Below are positions 59,814 through 64,000 of a DNA stretch of 64,000 bases, in pieces. This stretch comes from Tubulanus polymorphus (taxonomy: Eukaryota > Animalia > Nemertea), in assembly GCF_964204645.1 (NCBI RefSeq), contig NC_134032.1, forward strand, positions 6,994,275 to 7,058,274, given 5' to 3'. Below the pieces are notes generated by a model that was not told where the DNA came from, did no database searches, and saw nothing but the letters and a program-made list of their open reading frames with translations. Positions within the stretch are counted from its first letter, which is position 1, and each line of letters begins with the position of its first letter. The translations under genes were made by a program, and so were the position numbers.

Positions 59814-61055
59814 TTAATACATAACACTATCTAATTGTGAATTTACAATATTTAATTGCGCGTCAGATATAATATAAATGTGCATTTTAAAATTTTTGAT
59901 TCCTTTATTCTTTTTCATGAATAATTGTATTCCATCTTTAGTGTTCTGTAGTTTTTTTCCAGAACCATGTAATGAATTATCCTCTGTTGTTCTAAAATCT
60001 AACCATAATGCATATTTATTACCGGTATAATAATCAATTTGATTAATGTTACAATTTTCAAATGATTTTATTTTTTTATTCATAAAATGTTTTTTAATTT
60101 CTACCCATTGATCAATCATTCTCATTCCTTGACAAAATATTTTATTCGCTATTCCTTCGATAGTTATTTCTACTTTTGTTATTTCAGGATTATAATAATT
60201 ATCAACATTTATTGCACCATTAGTATACGTTCCAATGGTAAAAAATATTAATATACCTTTAATAGATCTTCTAGGAAAGTTAATATTCTCATTAATTATT
60301 TCATCATTTGCATTAATAGTTACAGTTTTAAATTTATCAATATAATCATATAATAATGAAAACCCTTGATTGTATTGAGTTTGAATTATACTTGAAACAT
60401 TTTCATCAGTTACTGTATCACATTCTAAACATATATTCGATAATTTATAACTTATATCTTTATTAACGCTAGATATTACGATTTCATTTACAGGAGCAAA
60501 TGTTATCTCAAATATAATATCTTCTTGAATTGCGTATTTATATAAAGGTGCATTATTATTTATCAATTCAAAGTCTAATGGAATTTTATATTTGCTTCCA
60601 TATATACTTTTTATCAATTTATCTACATCATTTGTTAATATTGCGCTATTAGCTTCTGATCTTAATTTATTTTGGTTTTCTGATTGAATTCCTTGAAATA
60701 TCATATTATTTCTATTTTCTTTAGTTAACCATAAATCTTTATAATGCATAAATAAATTATAATCATCTAATGAGAAAACTGTTTCCGGACCAATCTTTAT
60801 AGTTAATTTTTTAATCAAATATCTTCCAACATTATCAACAACATAATTATTATTATTACCGATTACTTTTATATCAGCTGATAAATAAATACTATTTGGA
60901 ACATAAAAAGTATTTTGTGTTAATCGAGGAATCCTCACATATAAAGTTTCATCGGGATTAATATTTGAAGGGTTATGAGTAATTATATGATGTGATCTTT
61001 CTGCTTTAATAGCATTAGATATTCTAGAAATCTTTGAAGGACTTATATAACTCAT
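59814..61055 (-). CDS. Major capsid protein (E3, intact)
   Basis: Near-identical to 4542-5789. Confidence 0.8.
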   Translation of the reverse strand: MSYISPSKISRISNAIKAERSHHIITHNPSNINPDETLYVRIPRLTQNTFYVPNSIYLSADIKVIGNNNNYVVDNVGRYLIKKLTIKIGPETVFSLDDYNLFMHYKDLWLTKENRNNMIFQGIQSENQNKLRSEANSAILTNDVDKLIKSIYGSKYKIPLDFELINNNAPLYKYAIQEDIIFEITFAPVNEIVISSVNKDISYKLSNICLECDTVTDENVSSIIQTQYNQGFSLLYDYIDKFKTVTINANDEIINENINFPRRSIKGILIFFTIGTYTNGAINVDNYYNPEITKVEITIEGIANKIFCQGMRMIDQWVEIKKHFMNKKIKSFENCNINQIDYYTGNKYALWLDFRTTEDNSLHGSGKKLQNTKDGIQLFMKKNKGIKNFKMHIYIISDAQLNIVNSQLDSVMY

Positions 61056-61181
61056 ATTTATTCAACTTCATATTTATATAACTCATTTATTTAACAAAAA
61101 AATTAATTATTTATTTTTAATCATGGTTTACTTGATATTTTTTGATATCATGGTTTACTTGATATTTTTTGATATCATGGT

Positions 61182-62639
61182 TTACTTGATATTTTTTGAT
61201 ATCATATTTACTAAACCAAAAATAATAGCACTTACATCTGTAATTAAAAATAAAATAATATGTTCAGCAGCAAAGTTAATAATGTTTCCTGCAGATTTCA
61301 ATATAAAACCAACAATTGAAGCAATAACTCCTGGCAATGCTGCAGCAGATTTTTTAGATAGTTCCCATAAATATTTTGCTAATTTCTTTAAACCATCCTT
61401 AACTTTATCTTGTATAGAATTATTACCTGGAGGTTTATCTGGTTTATTGGGAGTAGGAGTAGATTTCAAAGCATTTGATATTGCTAAACCAATTGTTGTA
61501 AATAACATAGTTACAGCTGTTAGAATTGAAAGAATTGTTATTCCTTCTAATTTAAATAATAACTTTATTCTGTCTTTTAATGATATTTTAGAATTTGGTT
61601 TAATCAACAAATCTTTAAAAATAACTTTTAATCTATTAATATTATAATCATATGATTTTAATAATGATTTAATTTCTTCTTTTTGTAATTCTATGTTATA
61701 TTCTAAATCATCTTTTTCTTTTTCTAAATATGCATTTCTTTTTTTAAATTCAATTTCTTCAATAACTTTATTATCTCTATCTAATTTTAGTTGTTCTATT
61801 TCTTTATTTTTATCAGTTAATTCTTTTTCTAAAGTTCTAATTTTAAAATCTCTTATACTTTTATCATGCGCAATTTTATCAGATGCAAGTCTTATACTAA
61901 TAATTTCTCTAATTGCTTTATCAGAAAATATATCTAAATCTTCTAATTCTTGATCTGTTGCATCAAGTAACCCATTCGGTAAAAGTTTTTCAATTGGAAC
62001 TTTATTTGATTTAAGTTTACTAGTTTTGGAAGTTATATTCTGTTCAGAAGTTGTTTCTGTTTCTAAATTATTATCGATTGTTTCAAATAATTCATTAATT
62101 CTTTGTTTAAATACTCTTTCATTTTTAATAATTTCTTCTTGTGTTACATCTTCTGGTTCATTACTATTTCTTATTCTTTTAATTCTAGATAGGTCTAACT
62201 TAAGCAAAGTTGATTCTGCTAATATTTTTTCTTGTTTTTTATAAGAGATATCAATATAATAATCATCTTTCAAACGATAATAATATTCACCATCTAAAAA
62301 CTTTAATTCTTGTACTAAAAGTCTAGCGCCTCTGGTATTGATATTATATCCAGATTTTTCAAATATAGGTTTGAAATTATAAATATATTCATTATATTCT
62401 AAATTTTGTTTTACTAAATCTGGATTTTCATATTCAACAGGTATTCTCGATCTAGTTCTTCTATCATATTCATCTGTTGATGGAACTTTAGAACCACTAT
62501 CTGCTAAATTAGAATTATATGCTGATTCATCATCATTATCAATATTAGTTTCTGCATCATTATAATCATCATCAATATATCCTTCATTATTATTTCCCAT
62601 TTCTCCCATTTCATAATCTTCTACACCTTCTACATCCAT
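61182..62639 (-). CDS. 485-aa acidic/coiled-coil protein with 2-3 C-terminal TM helices (intact)
   Basis: Heptad-like E/K/L region; GITILSILTAVTMLFTTIGLAI and AAALPGVIASIVGFIL...IILFLITDVSAIIFGLV. Confidence 0.78.
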   Translation of the reverse strand: MDVEGVEDYEMGEMGNNNEGYIDDDYNDAETNIDNDDESAYNSNLADSGSKVPSTDEYDRRTRSRIPVEYENPDLVKQNLEYNEYIYNFKPIFEKSGYNINTRGARLLVQELKFLDGEYYYRLKDDYYIDISYKKQEKILAESTLLKLDLSRIKRIRNSNEPEDVTQEEIIKNERVFKQRINELFETIDNNLETETTSEQNITSKTSKLKSNKVPIEKLLPNGLLDATDQELEDLDIFSDKAIREIISIRLASDKIAHDKSIRDFKIRTLEKELTDKNKEIEQLKLDRDNKVIEEIEFKKRNAYLEKEKDDLEYNIELQKEEIKSLLKSYDYNINRLKVIFKDLLIKPNSKISLKDRIKLLFKLEGITILSILTAVTMLFTTIGLAISNALKSTPTPNKPDKPPGNNSIQDKVKDGLKKLAKYLWELSKKSAAALPGVIASIVGFILKSAGNIINFAAEHIILFLITDVSAIIFGLVNMISKNIK

Positions 62640-64000
62640 TTACATAATAAAAAAATTTTAATTTAAAATATAATATTCCTCCGATTACAATTCCTATACA
62701 AGTTATAGCTAATTTAGTATTTTCATGGGATTTATTATCATCATTTAGTTTAATTATATCATGTTGAATTTTATCAGTTCTATTATTTTCTGATGTATTG
62801 TAATCTTTTATTTTGGAATCATTAACCAATTTAATATTCTTAGTTTTAGTTTCTGTTGATTGAATATGTTTTTTATTTTTTTCACCTTCCATTAATTTTG
62901 GAGCAGTAATAATCTTTTTATTTATATCATTTAATCCAAATGAATTATTTATTGTTGCAGTTTTAATTAGATTATTATAACCAATTATGTTTCCCATCTT
63001 TAATACTTAATCATTAGAAATAATTAATAGATTAGGGCCTATACAATAATTTAGTCTTACATGAGATTTATCTAAATAGTTTTGATATCTTATAATGTTT
63101 TCTGGAATCGATCTATTTTTATCATTATGAATTGAATCTTCAAATAAAACTTTAAATTGTTTTTGTGTATCGAATGATGTATTCAAATTTCCAATTATCG
63201 GTGATCTTGTTTCAACTTGCGCACCTAAAATACATATCAAATAAGTTCTAATAGATTGATTTATTCTTTCTATACCTGATTTAGTAAAACCTTCACTATT
63301 TTCTAAAATAAAATAAACCCAACCATTATTGTTTTCTTGTTTTAAATTATCATAAAATTTCGGTAATTTATTGAAATTTAATGTTTCTAAATCCTTTGTT
63401 TCTATTTTACCATAACCTAATTTATTATTATAGATATTATAAAAACTATTAGATGGTATGGGAAGTGCACAATATTCTGCAATCTTTCTAGGGCAAGGAA
63501 GTGATCTTATTGTTCCAATTTTTGTTCTAAAATCAGAATTATTTATATCTATATTAAATTCATTACAAATCTTATAAAACTTTGATAAATTAATATTACT
63601 ATCTAATTCTTTGAAATACCTAGATCCTGGTAAAGCGCACTCTAATTCATTTAATATTATCCTTATTTGAAAGTATGTATGAAATCTAAATAAACTTTGA
63701 ATTAATTTATATTTAGAATTATTCAAATGATCATTCCAACTAATTCCACAACCTGTTGTTGCACAATAAACAGCAAAATTTAATTGATTCTGCCAATACT
63801 TCATATTAGATTTTAATAACCATTGTTTTTCATCTTTCAATTTTTTAAAATTAATTAAATATACATGAAATATATTTTCCATCTTTGCATTAAAATTATT
63901 AGTTTCAGTAACATAAATTTCTAAATTAGTTAATGAATCTAAAACTTCATTTCTATATGTAATATCTTTATTAAAATCTATTGCTGGAATATTATATTTA
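62611..64000 (-). pseudogene. 471-aa gene orthologue (partial; in-frame stop at 63007-63009, normal stop lost)
   Basis: Near-identical to 7468-8883. Confidence 0.78.

Larger units (their letters stand above)
53934..64000. mobile_element. Polinton/Maverick-like element copy E3 (left part; continues beyond the window)
   Basis: Starts AGTAATAGGG; HNH, integrase, ATPase and MCP ORFs intact; predicted TSD CATATA (53928-53933). Confidence 0.94.

Overview
Eukaryotic, probably invertebrate, repeat-rich DNA with no recognisable host gene. It holds three related copies of a very AT-rich Polinton/Maverick-type (Polinton-like virus) element. E1 spans ~439-15916 and its left end is disrupted. E2 spans 25625/27818-44255, is inverted, complete but decayed, and has a 6-bp target-site duplication (TSD) AGTGTT. 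E3 spans 53934 to beyond the window end. The family encodes a protein-primed PolB, a retroviral-type integrase with chromodomain, an A32-like packaging ATPase, major and minor capsid proteins, an HNH-type nuclease, a variable Zn-finger protein and several small membrane proteins, but no recognisable adenain protease. Between the copies lie a Ty3/gypsy gag-protease remnant, a ~6-kb imperfect palindrome, a BEL/Pao pol pseudogene, a 51-bp hairpin array and a 31-bp satellite. Four observations stand out: (1) almost every gene has poxvirus-style promoter architecture in two classes although no RNA polymerase is encoded, suggesting a helper-virus-dependent (virophage-like) lifestyle; (2) each terminus is itself a 270-414 bp fold-back palindrome whose arms co-vary between copies; (3) a 27-bp palindromic micro-element has inserted in frame into four different genes; (4) a Zn-finger gene and its adjacent repeat array are swapped together between copies. 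All calls are by eye, without database searches.
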